Assembly (NCBI GenBank): GCA_963760615.1
Contig: CAVXDX010000005.1
Span: forward strand, 10,473 to 42,472
Reading direction: 5' to 3'
Length of the DNA: 32,000 bases
Source of the DNA: an uncultured Candidatus Micrarchaeota archaeon
Lineage (GTDB): Archaea; Micrarchaeota; Micrarchaeia; Burarchaeales; Fermentimicrarchaeaceae
Shown here: one piece after another, positions 23,803 through 32,000 of the stretch
How positions within the stretch are numbered: position 1 is the stretch's first letter
Layout: the number at the start of each line of letters is the position of its first letter
Program-made: the position numbers and the translations under genes
Notes under the pieces: generated by a model
Told to the model about the DNA's origin: nothing
Database searches by the model: none
What the model saw: the letters and a program-made list of their open reading frames with translations, nothing else

Positions 23803-25605
23803 TCACACAACTTCTGAAAGTTCCCTCATGTCAACCCTCAGCCTGTGCTCCCTCATTATCTCTTCAATGAGCTCCTTCCCTTTCTTCCCTGCCCTCTTCT
23901 TCTCCTCCACAATTTTTCCCAGCTCCTCCTTGCTCATCTTCTCGAGCTTCAGCTTATCCGCAGCATGAGATACGCTCTCGGTTGGGTTGCTTGAAACATA
24001 TCTCACTATTTCCGGAATTGCAGCTTTCACAAACTTGCCGCACTTGTACTCGATGAACAGCTCCATGAACTTGTTCTCATTGAGGTTCTCAACAGGCGCA
24101 CCCTCCCTCCTCAAACTTACAATCGTCTCCTCAAGGGTTGATGCAACAAGCTTTGGCTCAACCTTCAGCTCATTCACAATCTTTTCAAAAAGAGGATAAT
24201 TCTTCGAAAGCATTATTTTTTCCGCCAGCTCCTCATTCAGCACTTTCAGAAGCTTCTCCTTCCTCTCCTCAGGCTTCTCGGGCAGCCTTCCCCCGATCTC
24301 CTCAATCCATTCTCTGCTTACTGCAACCGGCGGCACGTCAGTTTCCGGGTACAGCCTGGCGCTTCCCGGCATCGGCCTCATATACATAGTACCGCCGTCT
24401 GGAAGAACCCTCCTAACCTCGTTCTGCGGCCCTTTGAAAGTCTGCAATGCCCTTTCATAAACTGCCTCCAGAGCCCTCTCGCAGGTTTTCCTCTCTCCAG
24501 CAACCATAACAAATGCATCGATTTCGTCTGCCCCAACCCTACTCTTCAGCTCATCTGCGTCTCCCTTGCCTATTGAATATTTCTCAAGATTCTCATCGCT
24601 GTGAATTATCCCGCCAACTCCTGCCTTTGCAACCGCGTAATCGCTAAGCTCTGTTCCAAGCCGCCTGTTCTCGTAAAGCTCCTCTCCAAGAAGGCCTGCA
24701 AATCCCTCCAGCTTCATTGCCAGCACGCACTCATTTCTTAGAAGCTTTGAAGAAGAGCTTTTGAACAGCTCAGTAACCTCAACCATGCTCGGTTTTTCAA
24801 ACTTATTTTTCCCGAATCGCTTTTCAAGCTCCCCCTTTATTCTTAGAAGCTCCTCCTGCCTCTTCACTTCCTTCTCAACAATTGTTTCCACCAAGCCTAG
24901 CTCTTGAGCTCCCTTCACCTCAACTCTTGCACCGCCAGGAATGGAGATATTTATATCCTGCCTTATTGTTCCAATGCCTCTCTGCACCCTTCCTGTTGCT
25001 CTGAGAATCATCCCTAGTTTCTCAGCAACCTCCCTCGCATGCTTGGCATCCTTTATGTCGGCTGCAGTTGCTATTTCAACAAGCGGTATTCCCAGCCTGT
25101 CCAACCTGTAGGTCATCTCGCCGTTCTTCTCCTCAACTATGCCGGAGCTCTCCTCCTCAATGCATATTGTCTGTATCCCCACTTCTCCCTTGCTTGTCTC
25201 CACAGAGCCGTTGCATCCAACTATGGCAGTCCTCTGGAAGCCGCAGGTGTTGCTCCCGTCTATGACAGTCTTCCTCATCACCTGCACTTCATCAACAACC
25301 TTTGCATTGAGAAGAAGGCACACTTCAACAACAGTTTCCAGTGCCTCCCTGTTCATATAATGGGGCGGCTCCTCGTCAAGCTCAACCAGACAGGTTGTGC
25401 CAGGGAATACCTGGTATCGGTAAACTCTGTTGCGCGAGTATTCATGCAAAGCTGCCAGGTCAACCTCCCCAAGCTCCCCTGCAACTGCCCTCTGCCTTCT
25501 CTCAATAGTTGCAACGGGCTTCTCCTCACCTGGCTGTGCAGAGCAACCGCAGAACAGCTTCTTTTCAGTCGCAAGCCTCTGGTGAATTTCAATACCGCAT
25601 TTCAT
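23803..25605 (-). CDS. gatE: Glutamyl-tRNA(Gln) amidotransferase subunit E
   Basis: 600 aa. The N-terminus MKCGIEIHQRLATEKKLFCGCS and the overall GatB-like core with an inserted domain identify it. The ATG overlaps the gatD stop (ATGA). Confidence 0.95.
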   Translation of the reverse strand: MKCGIEIHQRLATEKKLFCGCSAQPGEEKPVATIERRQRAVAGELGEVDLAALHEYSRNRVYRYQVFPGTTCLVELDEEPPHYMNREALETVVEVCLLLNAKVVDEVQVMRKTVIDGSNTCGFQRTAIVGCNGSVETSKGEVGIQTICIEEESSGIVEEKNGEMTYRLDRLGIPLVEIATAADIKDAKHAREVAEKLGMILRATGRVQRGIGTIRQDINISIPGGARVEVKGAQELGLVETIVEKEVKRQEELLRIKGELEKRFGKNKFEKPSMVEVTELFKSSSSKLLRNECVLAMKLEGFAGLLGEELYENRRLGTELSDYAVAKAGVGGIIHSDENLEKYSIGKGDADELKSRVGADEIDAFVMVAGERKTCERALEAVYERALQTFKGPQNEVRRVLPDGGTMYMRPMPGSARLYPETDVPPVAVSREWIEEIGGRLPEKPEERKEKLLKVLNEELAEKIMLSKNYPLFEKIVNELKVEPKLVASTLEETIVSLRREGAPVENLNENKFMELFIEYKCGKFVKAAIPEIVRYVSSNPTESVSHAADKLKLEKMSKEELGKIVEEKKRAGKKGKELIEEIMREHRLRVDMRELSEVV

Positions 25606-26918
25606 TCAAACACCGGAGTCCTCTCATTCAATTCTCCAGCAATGTTCATGAGCATCATCTTCTTCACTTCCTCCAAATCCTTGCTGTGAGCCAGCACATG
25701 CATAAGCTTTACATAGGCAACCTCTGAGAGCATGTCGCCGCAGAATATGGCGCCCGCCTCATACTCCTTCCTCAGGTTTGCGTACACGAATTCATGCACC
25801 CTGCCGAATATGCACTGGGAGGTTATACACACCGGTATGCCCGCCTTCGTTGCCTCTCTCATCTTCGGGATGAGTGAATAACTCTCAATTGCAGTGGGGA
25901 CGTGCCCCAGGCCGGTTCCCTCAATTACAATTCCCTTGAATTTCTTCCCAAGATAGAAATCAAATATTTCTGGGTCCATGCCAGGGTAGGTTTTTATCAG
26001 CGCAACCTTCTCCTCAAGCTTGTCATCAAGTGTAACCTCGCTCCCACCTCTCTTCCTGTAGTTGCTGTTTATGACTTCAATCTTCCCATTGGGGAATACC
26101 TTTGCAAGAGGCTCGTCATTCACGCTCTTGAATGCATCCCTCTTTGAAGTGTGCAGCTTCCTCACCTTTGTCCCCCTATGAGCATAGCAGAAGTCATCAC
26201 TGGATGAGCCGTGCATCACAAGGGAAACTTCGGCAACATCGGAGTTTGAAGCAAAATGCGCTGCGCACAGCATATTTACGAAAGAGTCGCTGGAGCCCCT
26301 GTCGCTTGACCTCTGGGAGCCGGTGAAAACAACGGGCTTGTTCAAATCCTTCAGCATGAAGCTCAGTGCGGCTGTTGAGAAGTGCATTATATCCGTCCCG
26401 TGCGTCACAACAACTCCGCTTGCATCAGTTTTGAGCTCCTTGAAAACTGCTTTTGCCATCTCCCTCCAGTGCTCGACTCTCATGTCCTCGCTCATCATGC
26501 TGAAAAGCAGTTTAGAGTTGATGTTGAACTCTCCAAGCTCAGGCACCGTCTTTACAAGGTCAGAGGCGCTGTACGAAGCATGCACCCCACCTGTTGTATA
26601 ATCGACTCTAGATGCAACTGTGCCTCCGGTGCTGATTATTGAAACCGTGGGCTTACCCGCAGCATGCTTCACCTTCTCTTCGCTGCTCTTGAAGCCTATC
26701 TTCCTGTGCCCTTCAAGCTTCTCAAGCTCTGCCCCCTCGAAATTCAATCCCACTGAGTAACCGTTTGAGAGCTTCACAACAATCGCATTTGGGTCGCCAA
26801 GCTCTTGTTTGGGCATGAAAATTCCTTCGTAGACTTCCCCTTTGCTCTTCACTCTGACTCCGTCTCCAATTTCAATTCCCAGTTCCTTCAGCTTCTCTTG
26901 AATCTTTTTTGAATACAT
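25602..26918 (-). CDS. gatD: Glutamyl-tRNA(Gln) amidotransferase subunit D (asparaginase-like)
   Basis: 438 aa. After an N-terminal extension there is an asparaginase-type domain with IISTGGTVAS and VVVTHGTD. Confidence 0.95.
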   Translation of the reverse strand: MYSKKIQEKLKELGIEIGDGVRVKSKGEVYEGIFMPKQELGDPNAIVVKLSNGYSVGLNFEGAELEKLEGHRKIGFKSSEEKVKHAAGKPTVSIISTGGTVASRVDYTTGGVHASYSASDLVKTVPELGEFNINSKLLFSMMSEDMRVEHWREMAKAVFKELKTDASGVVVTHGTDIMHFSTAALSFMLKDLNKPVVFTGSQRSSDRGSSDSFVNMLCAAHFASNSDVAEVSLVMHGSSSDDFCYAHRGTKVRKLHTSKRDAFKSVNDEPLAKVFPNGKIEVINSNYRKRGGSEVTLDDKLEEKVALIKTYPGMDPEIFDFYLGKKFKGIVIEGTGLGHVPTAIESYSLIPKMREATKAGIPVCITSQCIFGRVHEFVYANLRKEYEAGAIFCGDMLSEVAYVKLMHVLAHSKDLEEVKKMMLMNIAGELNERTPVFE

Positions 26919-26944
26919 ACCATCACCTTTTACTTTTCTTATTA

Positions 26945-27388
26945 TTATAACTCCTCCTTAACGCTTGAGAAGCATGTGAGCGTGACAGTCCTGCCAACAC
27001 CGTCTATCTCTCTCAGCTTGTCAACCACCAGCTTGCCGATTCCCTCAACAGAATCCGCCCTCACCTTGAGAAGCAGGTCCCAGTCTCCCGCGAGAATGTG
27101 CACCTCATAAACCTCATCAAGCTTCGCAAGCCTCTCAGCAAGCTTTCTTTGCGTCACCTCCTGGTGCGGATCATACGAAACAAGCACGAAAGCAGTTGTC
27201 GGCCTGCCTATCTTTGAGTTATCCAGAACAATCGTGAAGCGCTTTATGACTCCCCTCTCCTTCAGTTTCCTTATCCTCTCGTGAACAGTCACCCTCGGCA
27301 GACCTGTTTTTCTGGCTATATCTACAGTTGACATTCTGGAGTCCTTCTTGAGCTCCTCAAGTATAAGTTCGTCTTTCTCATCGACCAT
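26945..27388 (-). CDS. Lrp/AsnC-family transcriptional regulator
   Basis: 147 aa. The N-terminal HTH is ILEELKKDSRMSTVDIARKTGLPRVTVHERIRKLKERGVI. The C-terminal domain is RAM/AsnC-type (AFVLV...V.EV.I.AGDWDLLLKV). Confidence 0.9.
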   Translation of the reverse strand: MVDEKDELILEELKKDSRMSTVDIARKTGLPRVTVHERIRKLKERGVIKRFTIVLDNSKIGRPTTAFVLVSYDPHQEVTQRKLAERLAKLDEVYEVHILAGDWDLLLKVRADSVEGIGKLVVDKLREIDGVGRTVTLTCFSSVKEEL

Positions 27389-27406
27389 GCTGACATTTTG
27401 TCGGTT

Positions 27407-27423
27407 TTTATTTATAAATATAT
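27407..27423 (-). promoter_or_regulatory. TATA-like box for the Lrp/AsnC gene within the 109-nt divergent spacer
   Basis: tttatttataaatatat is centred about 27 nt upstream of ATG 27388 (minus strand). The spacer also holds two CTGACAT copies (27390-27396 and 27451-27457). Confidence 0.3.
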
Positions 27424-27497
27424 CTATTTATCTACAATATGCCAATTTTTCTGACATAATCATTTTATTCAAGGCCAGAGCAAGGAACTTGAGGTGA

Positions 27498-28493
27498 TTG
27501 AAATGGGTGATATGCGGAACGATTGGAGAAGACTTTGCAGCAAAGTTTGAGATACCGAAACCTCTCGAGCAGCTGCAGGAAAGCGAGATTGAGAGGAGAT
27601 ACCACATCGGTGGGGTTATGACAGACGTGCTGGATTACCTCACCGACCGGTTTGTTGATTGCGGGTTTACGTGGTCCCTTCCAGTGGTGTTCTCGGAGTC
27701 AACAGACCCGCTCTGGCCAGATCCCGGAGAATCTATTGAGAAGCGCATTGCCGTGGAGATATACGGCAAAACCGTGAGGACAACGACAAGCATGATAATC
27801 CACAAAATAGTGGCATGCTCCCTGCTGTACCCAAGGCTGTTCATACTCTCCCCAAACGTGAGAATTGAGAAAAGGGAAAGAGCCCAGACCGGGAGGCATG
27901 TGTATGAGTTCACCCAGCTCGACTTCGAGGTGAGGGATGCTTCTTCGAAAGACATACGCGACCTTGTTGAGGGAGCAATCTGCGGTCTAATCCAGGACTT
28001 GAAGACGGATGGGGTTGAGGAGCTGGCGCACCTAGGGAGGCATGGCGCTCTGAAGACTCCAGAAGCACCATTCAGGGTTTATGACAAAGGGGAGCTTGAG
28101 GAGAAGCATGGAAAGGATTGGGAGCGGCGTCTGATGCTTGAAATAACCGATCCTGTTTGGGTCACGAGCATCCCGAGGGAGTTCTACGACTTTGAGGATT
28201 TTGAAACTGGAAAGTGGGACAACTACGATTTGATACTCCCACAATACGGGGAAGTGCTGTCGGGAGCGAAGAGGGAGTGGGAGTACGAAAAAATCCTCAA
28301 GAAGATGGAGAGGGATGGCATCAAGAAGGAGCACTACAGCCTGCTCCTGAAGCTTGCGAAGGAGGGCAGGCTTAAGCCATCGGCAGGTGGAGGCATAGGG
28401 GTGGAGAGGCTTGTGGGCTGGATAGTTGGAGCCCGGCATCTGGGAGAAACCCAGATTTTTCCAAAGATACCAGGGGTGGTTTATGATTTGTAA
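27498..28493 (+). CDS. Archaeal-type asparagine synthetase A (AsnRS-related class II aaRS catalytic core without an anticodon-binding domain)
   Basis: 331 aa. Class II motif 2-like is RHVYEFTQLDFEV and motif 3-like is GGGIGVERLVGWI. There is no N-terminal OB fold. The start is TTG 27498 or GTG 27507; the latter has gaggtga 9 nt upstream. Confidence 0.8.
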   Translation: MKWVICGTIGEDFAAKFEIPKPLEQLQESEIERRYHIGGVMTDVLDYLTDRFVDCGFTWSLPVVFSESTDPLWPDPGESIEKRIAVEIYGKTVRTTTSMIIHKIVACSLLYPRLFILSPNVRIEKRERAQTGRHVYEFTQLDFEVRDASSKDIRDLVEGAICGLIQDLKTDGVEELAHLGRHGALKTPEAPFRVYDKGELEEKHGKDWERRLMLEITDPVWVTSIPREFYDFEDFETGKWDNYDLILPQYGEVLSGAKREWEYEKILKKMERDGIKKEHYSLLLKLAKEGRLKPSAGGGIGVERLVGWIVGARHLGETQIFPKIPGVVYDL

Positions 28494-28544
28494 AAACAGA
28501 TGAGCTGAGAATATTTTTAAGACATAGCCTGTAAATACTAGCTT

Positions 28545-29276
28545 ATGAGCCTCAAGAACTTCGCCCTTGACTCGCTCGGTTTCATGGGCTTTGATCTGAC
28601 TCTGAGGAAAAGGGCGGAGTTTCTGAAGAATATTAGAAACTCTTATGTGCTGGATGTCGGGTGCGGGAGCAACGCCTACCTGTCTTTTTTAATGAGCAGG
28701 CAGGGTAACCGAGTGTTCGGAGTCGACATAAATGAGGGCGCAATAAAGAGCGCAAGAGGACGCTCTGCAGGTAAGGGAAGAGTGGAGTTCAGAGTAATGG
28801 AAGTGAAGAACCTGGACTCGCTTGGCGAAAAGTTCGACTGCGTTGTCTGCATGGAGGTAATTGAACACATAAAGGATGATGAAAAGCTTCTAAGAGATTT
28901 GTGCTCGGTGCTTAAGAAAGGCGGGTTGCTTGTGCTCAGCACGATGAACAAAGATTCCTGGTTCTCAAAAAAATACCCAGACAGCATCTCCAAAGAGGAA
29001 GATGGTGGGCATGTGCGGCTGGGTTACGGTAAAACGGAGCTTGAGGAGAAACTGAAGAGAAACGGATTTGCTGTGGAACAAAGCGCTTCATGCATCGGCG
29101 TGATAACCCAGAGAATCCTTGCGCTGGAGTACAGACTGAGGAAGCCAAAGCCGCTTGCGTACAATACGGTCTTCAGGGCCTTCATATTCCCATTTCTCTA
29201 TTCAATAACGCTGTTTGACGGCTCCAGGAACAACCCAGAAGATCTTACTCTTGTTGTGAGGGCGAGGAAGAAATAA
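28545..29276 (+). CDS. Class I SAM-dependent methyltransferase (Methyltransf_11/23-like)
   Basis: 243 aa. Motif I is VLDVGCGSNAY, the motif II acidic end is VFGVDI, and CMEVIEHI and LKKGGLLVLST are also present. The C-terminus has a hydrophobic segment. Confidence 0.8.
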   Translation: MSLKNFALDSLGFMGFDLTLRKRAEFLKNIRNSYVLDVGCGSNAYLSFLMSRQGNRVFGVDINEGAIKSARGRSAGKGRVEFRVMEVKNLDSLGEKFDCVVCMEVIEHIKDDEKLLRDLCSVLKKGGLLVLSTMNKDSWFSKKYPDSISKEEDGGHVRLGYGKTELEEKLKRNGFAVEQSASCIGVITQRILALEYRLRKPKPLAYNTVFRAFIFPFLYSITLFDGSRNNPEDLTLVVRARKK

Positions 29277-30881
29277 TCAAAACAACTTTGAAACATAAGG
29301 GCCGTCCCTCTTGTAGCCCAGCTTTGTGTAATACTCCCTCGCTCCAACCCCACTTATCACCGCAAGCTTCCTGCAGTCAAACTCCTCCTCTGCTACCCTC
29401 TCCGCCTCCTCCAGCAGTCTCCTGCCGAAGTTCATATGCTGAAACTCCCTGATTCTTTTCTCTCCCACAGGCAGCATCTCTCCATAAACATGCAGCTCCC
29501 TTACCCCCCCTGCATTTTTCAGCTCTTTTCTGTGCGCTTTTTCGGAAGGAATTCTCAGCCTCAGGAACCCTATCAGTGCATCGTGCTTCATCTCATCAAA
29601 GCTCAGGAATATTTCTTTTCCTCCGGAAGCATCATAATCAAATCTGTTGAGCCTCACGCCCCTCATGTCAGGCTTCACCCCATCCTTTGAAATCCTGTAG
29701 CCTATCTCCCTACAGCGTATGCACTGGCAGCTCCTTCCCTGCTCAGAAAGCTTGCTCTCAACAATCTGCCTGAGATTGCTCTTCTTGACTCCGTCAGTAA
29801 TGAGGTATGATGGTATATCCCTCTGCACCCTCATCACGCGGACATAGCGCGGAACAAACCTCATCGCATCTGCAATCACATCTGCAGCCTCCTCGGCAGA
29901 ATAAGGTTTGAATTCGCCTTTCTTCCACAAGTCATACAGCTTCGTCCCTTCCATCACAAGGCACGGGTATATTTTCAGCATGTCCGGTCTGAATCTTTCA
30001 TCCTCAAAAAGCATCCTGAAGTTGTTGACGTCATCCTTCTTGCTTGCGAACAGACCCGGCATCATATGGTAAAGCACTTTCAGGAGCGAATCCTTGCAGA
30101 CCTGTGTTGCCTTTACAACCTCCTTCACTCCATGCCCCCTCTTAACTTTCTGGTAAACTTTATCGCTCAGAGTCTGCACCCCAAGCTCAATCCTTGTCGC
30201 TCCGAAGCGCAGCAGCTCATCAACCTCTTTCTCCTGAGCCCAGTCTGGTCTGGTTTCTATGGTCAGGCCGACAACCCTCCTCTTTGCTCTCTCGTTTGCA
30301 AGCTGCGCCTCCTCAAGTTTTTTTGAATCAAATCCATTCATTGCATCAAAGCATCTCTTGACAAACCACTCCTGGTACTTCTCAGGCATGTAGTTGAAAG
30401 TCCCGCCCATTATGATAAGCTCGCACTTGCTCACCCTATGCCCTATCTCCTCAAGCTGCCTCACCCTTGAATTCACCTGCCTGAATGGGTCATAGTCATT
30501 CTGTATTGCTCTCATTGCTGCAGGCTCCCTCCCGGTATAGCTCTTTGGAGCATTCTCACCCCTTGGGCAGTAGATGCACTTTCCAGGGCACTCTCCCTTC
30601 GTCATCACCGCTATGACATTCACTCCAGAAACAGTTCTCATCGGCCTTATCCTCAGCAGCTCAACAACTTTTCCCGTTCTTCGTTTTTCAGGTATCCTCT
30701 CCAGTACTGCAGAGTTTCTAACCACCCCGGCCATGCCACACCTCTCGCTGGCTCTTGCCTTGGCTTCCCACAGCTCGGCTCTGTCTCTAATCTTCCCTTC
30801 AAGGATCAGCCCAGCGACTTCCTCTCCTGCTTTTTTAATGCTGCCGCTACTTTTTTTGCACTTCAAAATTCGTTTTTCCAT
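29277..30881 (-). CDS. elp3: Elp3 homologue (radical-SAM plus GNAT; tRNA U34 carboxymethyluridine synthase)
   Basis: 534 aa. It has the radical-SAM cluster motif CPGKCIYCP. LKIYPCLV and a C-terminal GNAT domain (HMNFGRRLLEEAE ... GYKRDGPY) are also present. Confidence 0.95.
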   Translation of the reverse strand: MEKRILKCKKSSGSIKKAGEEVAGLILEGKIRDRAELWEAKARASERCGMAGVVRNSAVLERIPEKRRTGKVVELLRIRPMRTVSGVNVIAVMTKGECPGKCIYCPRGENAPKSYTGREPAAMRAIQNDYDPFRQVNSRVRQLEEIGHRVSKCELIIMGGTFNYMPEKYQEWFVKRCFDAMNGFDSKKLEEAQLANERAKRRVVGLTIETRPDWAQEKEVDELLRFGATRIELGVQTLSDKVYQKVKRGHGVKEVVKATQVCKDSLLKVLYHMMPGLFASKKDDVNNFRMLFEDERFRPDMLKIYPCLVMEGTKLYDLWKKGEFKPYSAEEAADVIADAMRFVPRYVRVMRVQRDIPSYLITDGVKKSNLRQIVESKLSEQGRSCQCIRCREIGYRISKDGVKPDMRGVRLNRFDYDASGGKEIFLSFDEMKHDALIGFLRLRIPSEKAHRKELKNAGGVRELHVYGEMLPVGEKRIREFQHMNFGRRLLEEAERVAEEEFDCRKLAVISGVGAREYYTKLGYKRDGPYVSKLF

Positions 30882-30889
30882 CTCACTAC

Positions 30890-31723
30890 CTAGAGCACAA
30901 GTTTTGAAAGGAAAGCTATGAGTGAGTAGATTGAGTTCTCTATGAGCGGGAATACCAGCAGACCGTGGGCAGTCGCCTTATAATCAGATATAAGGGATGG
31001 CCTTGCTATAAGTCTCACCTTAAACTCTTTACTTATCTGGTCGCTTGAGAGCGAAGTCACGTTCAGGTATATCTCCGTGTCTGTCTGCTCATTGCTCACA
31101 ACTTCGTATGGAATAGTCTTACGCGCGGGCAGCGTTACCTGAACTGCGTGCGGAGCCAGCACATCCTTCCTGAACCTCCAAGCAGGTAGTCCTCTTGATG
31201 TTATGCTGAATGTATCGCTTGCAGCTCCAGCATTGTCTATGTCAATATAATAAATTGCAGGCTCACCCACTCCAGTTTCAACCTCTCTTGGCGTCACATC
31301 TATGGTGAAGACATCCTTGCTGACGTTAAGTGATATATCTATTGTTATATTGCCAAGCCCTTTCATATTGCCCTCGTCCTCGGCAACAGCCTTGAATGTG
31401 TATGCCCCGTCTGCCGCATTGGGCGCTATTTTTATCTTAGCCTTCATGGGAGTTTCGTACCAAGGACTATCCTCAGTAGCCCATCCAGGGGGCACATCTA
31501 TAATTCTCAGCCTGTCCCACCCAGGGTCGTGCATATTATTGTCAGGCCCTACGGTAGCCCTCTCCGCAACAATATAGACAGTCTGCCCAGGGCCTGCAAC
31601 TCCTATGTTCAGCGGAGTTGAATTTTCTACCATGCCCTTTGACTCGATAGGCTCGTCGATATTAAGATAGGTGGCGTTCGCTGTCACTATAAGCAGAATG
31701 AGCACTCCCAGTAGTTTCTTCAT
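30890..31723 (-). CDS. Predicted secreted/cell-surface protein with a signal peptide, beta-rich repeats and a C-terminal hydrophobic anchor
   Basis: 277 aa. The N-terminus is MKKLLGVLILLIVTANA. Several N-x-S/T sequons are present (NAT, NST, NIT, NVS, NVT). Two beta-sandwich-looking halves are followed by the C-terminal hydrophobic segment LLVFPLIENSIYSLIAFLSKLVL. Confidence 0.6.
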   Translation of the reverse strand: MKKLLGVLILLIVTANATYLNIDEPIESKGMVENSTPLNIGVAGPGQTVYIVAERATVGPDNNMHDPGWDRLRIIDVPPGWATEDSPWYETPMKAKIKIAPNAADGAYTFKAVAEDEGNMKGLGNITIDISLNVSKDVFTIDVTPREVETGVGEPAIYYIDIDNAGAASDTFSITSRGLPAWRFRKDVLAPHAVQVTLPARKTIPYEVVSNEQTDTEIYLNVTSLSSDQISKEFKVRLIARPSLISDYKATAHGLLVFPLIENSIYSLIAFLSKLVL

Positions 31724-31760
31724 ACGAACCGCAAAAATATCTCATCAGCCCAATAAAAAT

Positions 31761-32000
31761 CTATCTCTTTTTGAGGAGATTTCTAAGTAGTTTTCCCGCT
31801 TCCCTCTTCATCTCACCCTTAGAGCCTGTGTTAACGACCAGGTAGTCAGAAAACGCAAATGAGTCTGCAACACCCCAGCCGAGCTCCTTCTCGTCAGCCC
31901 AAACAAACTCCTCCCAACTCTTCGGGTCCTCAGGCAGGTTCCTCTTCATAACCCTATCAAACCTCATCTTCTGGGGTGCAAAAACTCCTATAGTGTGCTG
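31761..32000 (-). CDS. UPF0200-type P-loop nucleotide kinase-like protein (dephospho-CoA kinase-like), C-terminal part; the 5' end lies beyond the right window edge
   Basis: The frame stays open to base 32000. ...IGVFAPQKMRFDRVMKRNLPEDPKSWEEFVWADEKELGWGVADSFAFSDYLVVNTG matches my recollection of the conserved C-terminus of archaeal UPF0200 proteins. Confidence 0.7.
   Translation of the reverse strand, partial: QHTIGVFAPQKMRFDRVMKRNLPEDPKSWEEFVWADEKELGWGVADSFAFSDYLVVNTGSKGEMKREAGKLLRNLLKKR

Noticed and set aside
27390-27457. A CTGACAT direct repeat in the Lrp/AsnC-asnA spacer, considered as a standalone regulatory repeat
   Set aside because: A single 7-mer repeated once within about 110 nt is expected fairly often by chance. 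It is kept only as a testable remark under the asnC/asnA finding.
1-32000. A search by eye for CRISPR arrays, tandem or terminal inverted repeats, IS elements, integrases, prophage or toxin-antitoxin modules, and large non-coding RNAs
   Set aside because: No spacer-repeat periodicity or long repeat was seen. No transposase or integrase-like ORF was seen. No intergenic gap exceeds about 110 nt, which leaves no room for rRNA, RNase P or SRP RNA genes. The tRNA-Arg has no adjacent integrase, and I could not find a duplicated 3' half.

Overview
The window is a very densely packed archaeal chromosomal segment. Archaeal identity rests on GatD/GatE, Elp3, aEF-1beta, PTH2-type peptidyl-tRNA hydrolase, membrane LonB, NurA/HerA/Rad50, an Lrp/AsnC regulator, and AT-rich TATA-like boxes about 25-30 nt upstream of start codons. 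I call about 36 protein genes and one tRNA-Arg(GCG). Intergenic spacers are mostly under 110 nt, and several convergent 3' ends abut or overlap. I saw no rRNA, CRISPR array, transposase, integrase, large tandem repeat or obvious defence island, so most of the window is housekeeping. All functional calls come from motifs I recognise in the translations; no database search was possible. The parts worth a second look are listed here. (1) The DNA-end-processing genes are arranged atypically. An operon nurA / Zn-finger Yip1-type membrane protein / herA / GalT-like HIT transferase converges on an operon rad50 / 102-aa ORF / MinD-ParA-like ATPase, and no mre11 is present in the window. (2) A stand-alone LigD-PolDom-like archaeo-eukaryotic primase-polymerase is preceded by an overlapping 47-aa zinc-ribbon ORF. 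It is divergently paired with an endonuclease III homologue whose Fe-S motif has His in place of the second Cys. (3) An MrfA/YprA-like DEXH helicase with a C-terminal DUF1998 four-Cys domain is divergently paired with a 320-aa ORF that has no motif I recognise. (4) The tRNA-Arg has a non-canonical T-loop. I cannot show that any of these is a genuinely new system; they are hypotheses to test.
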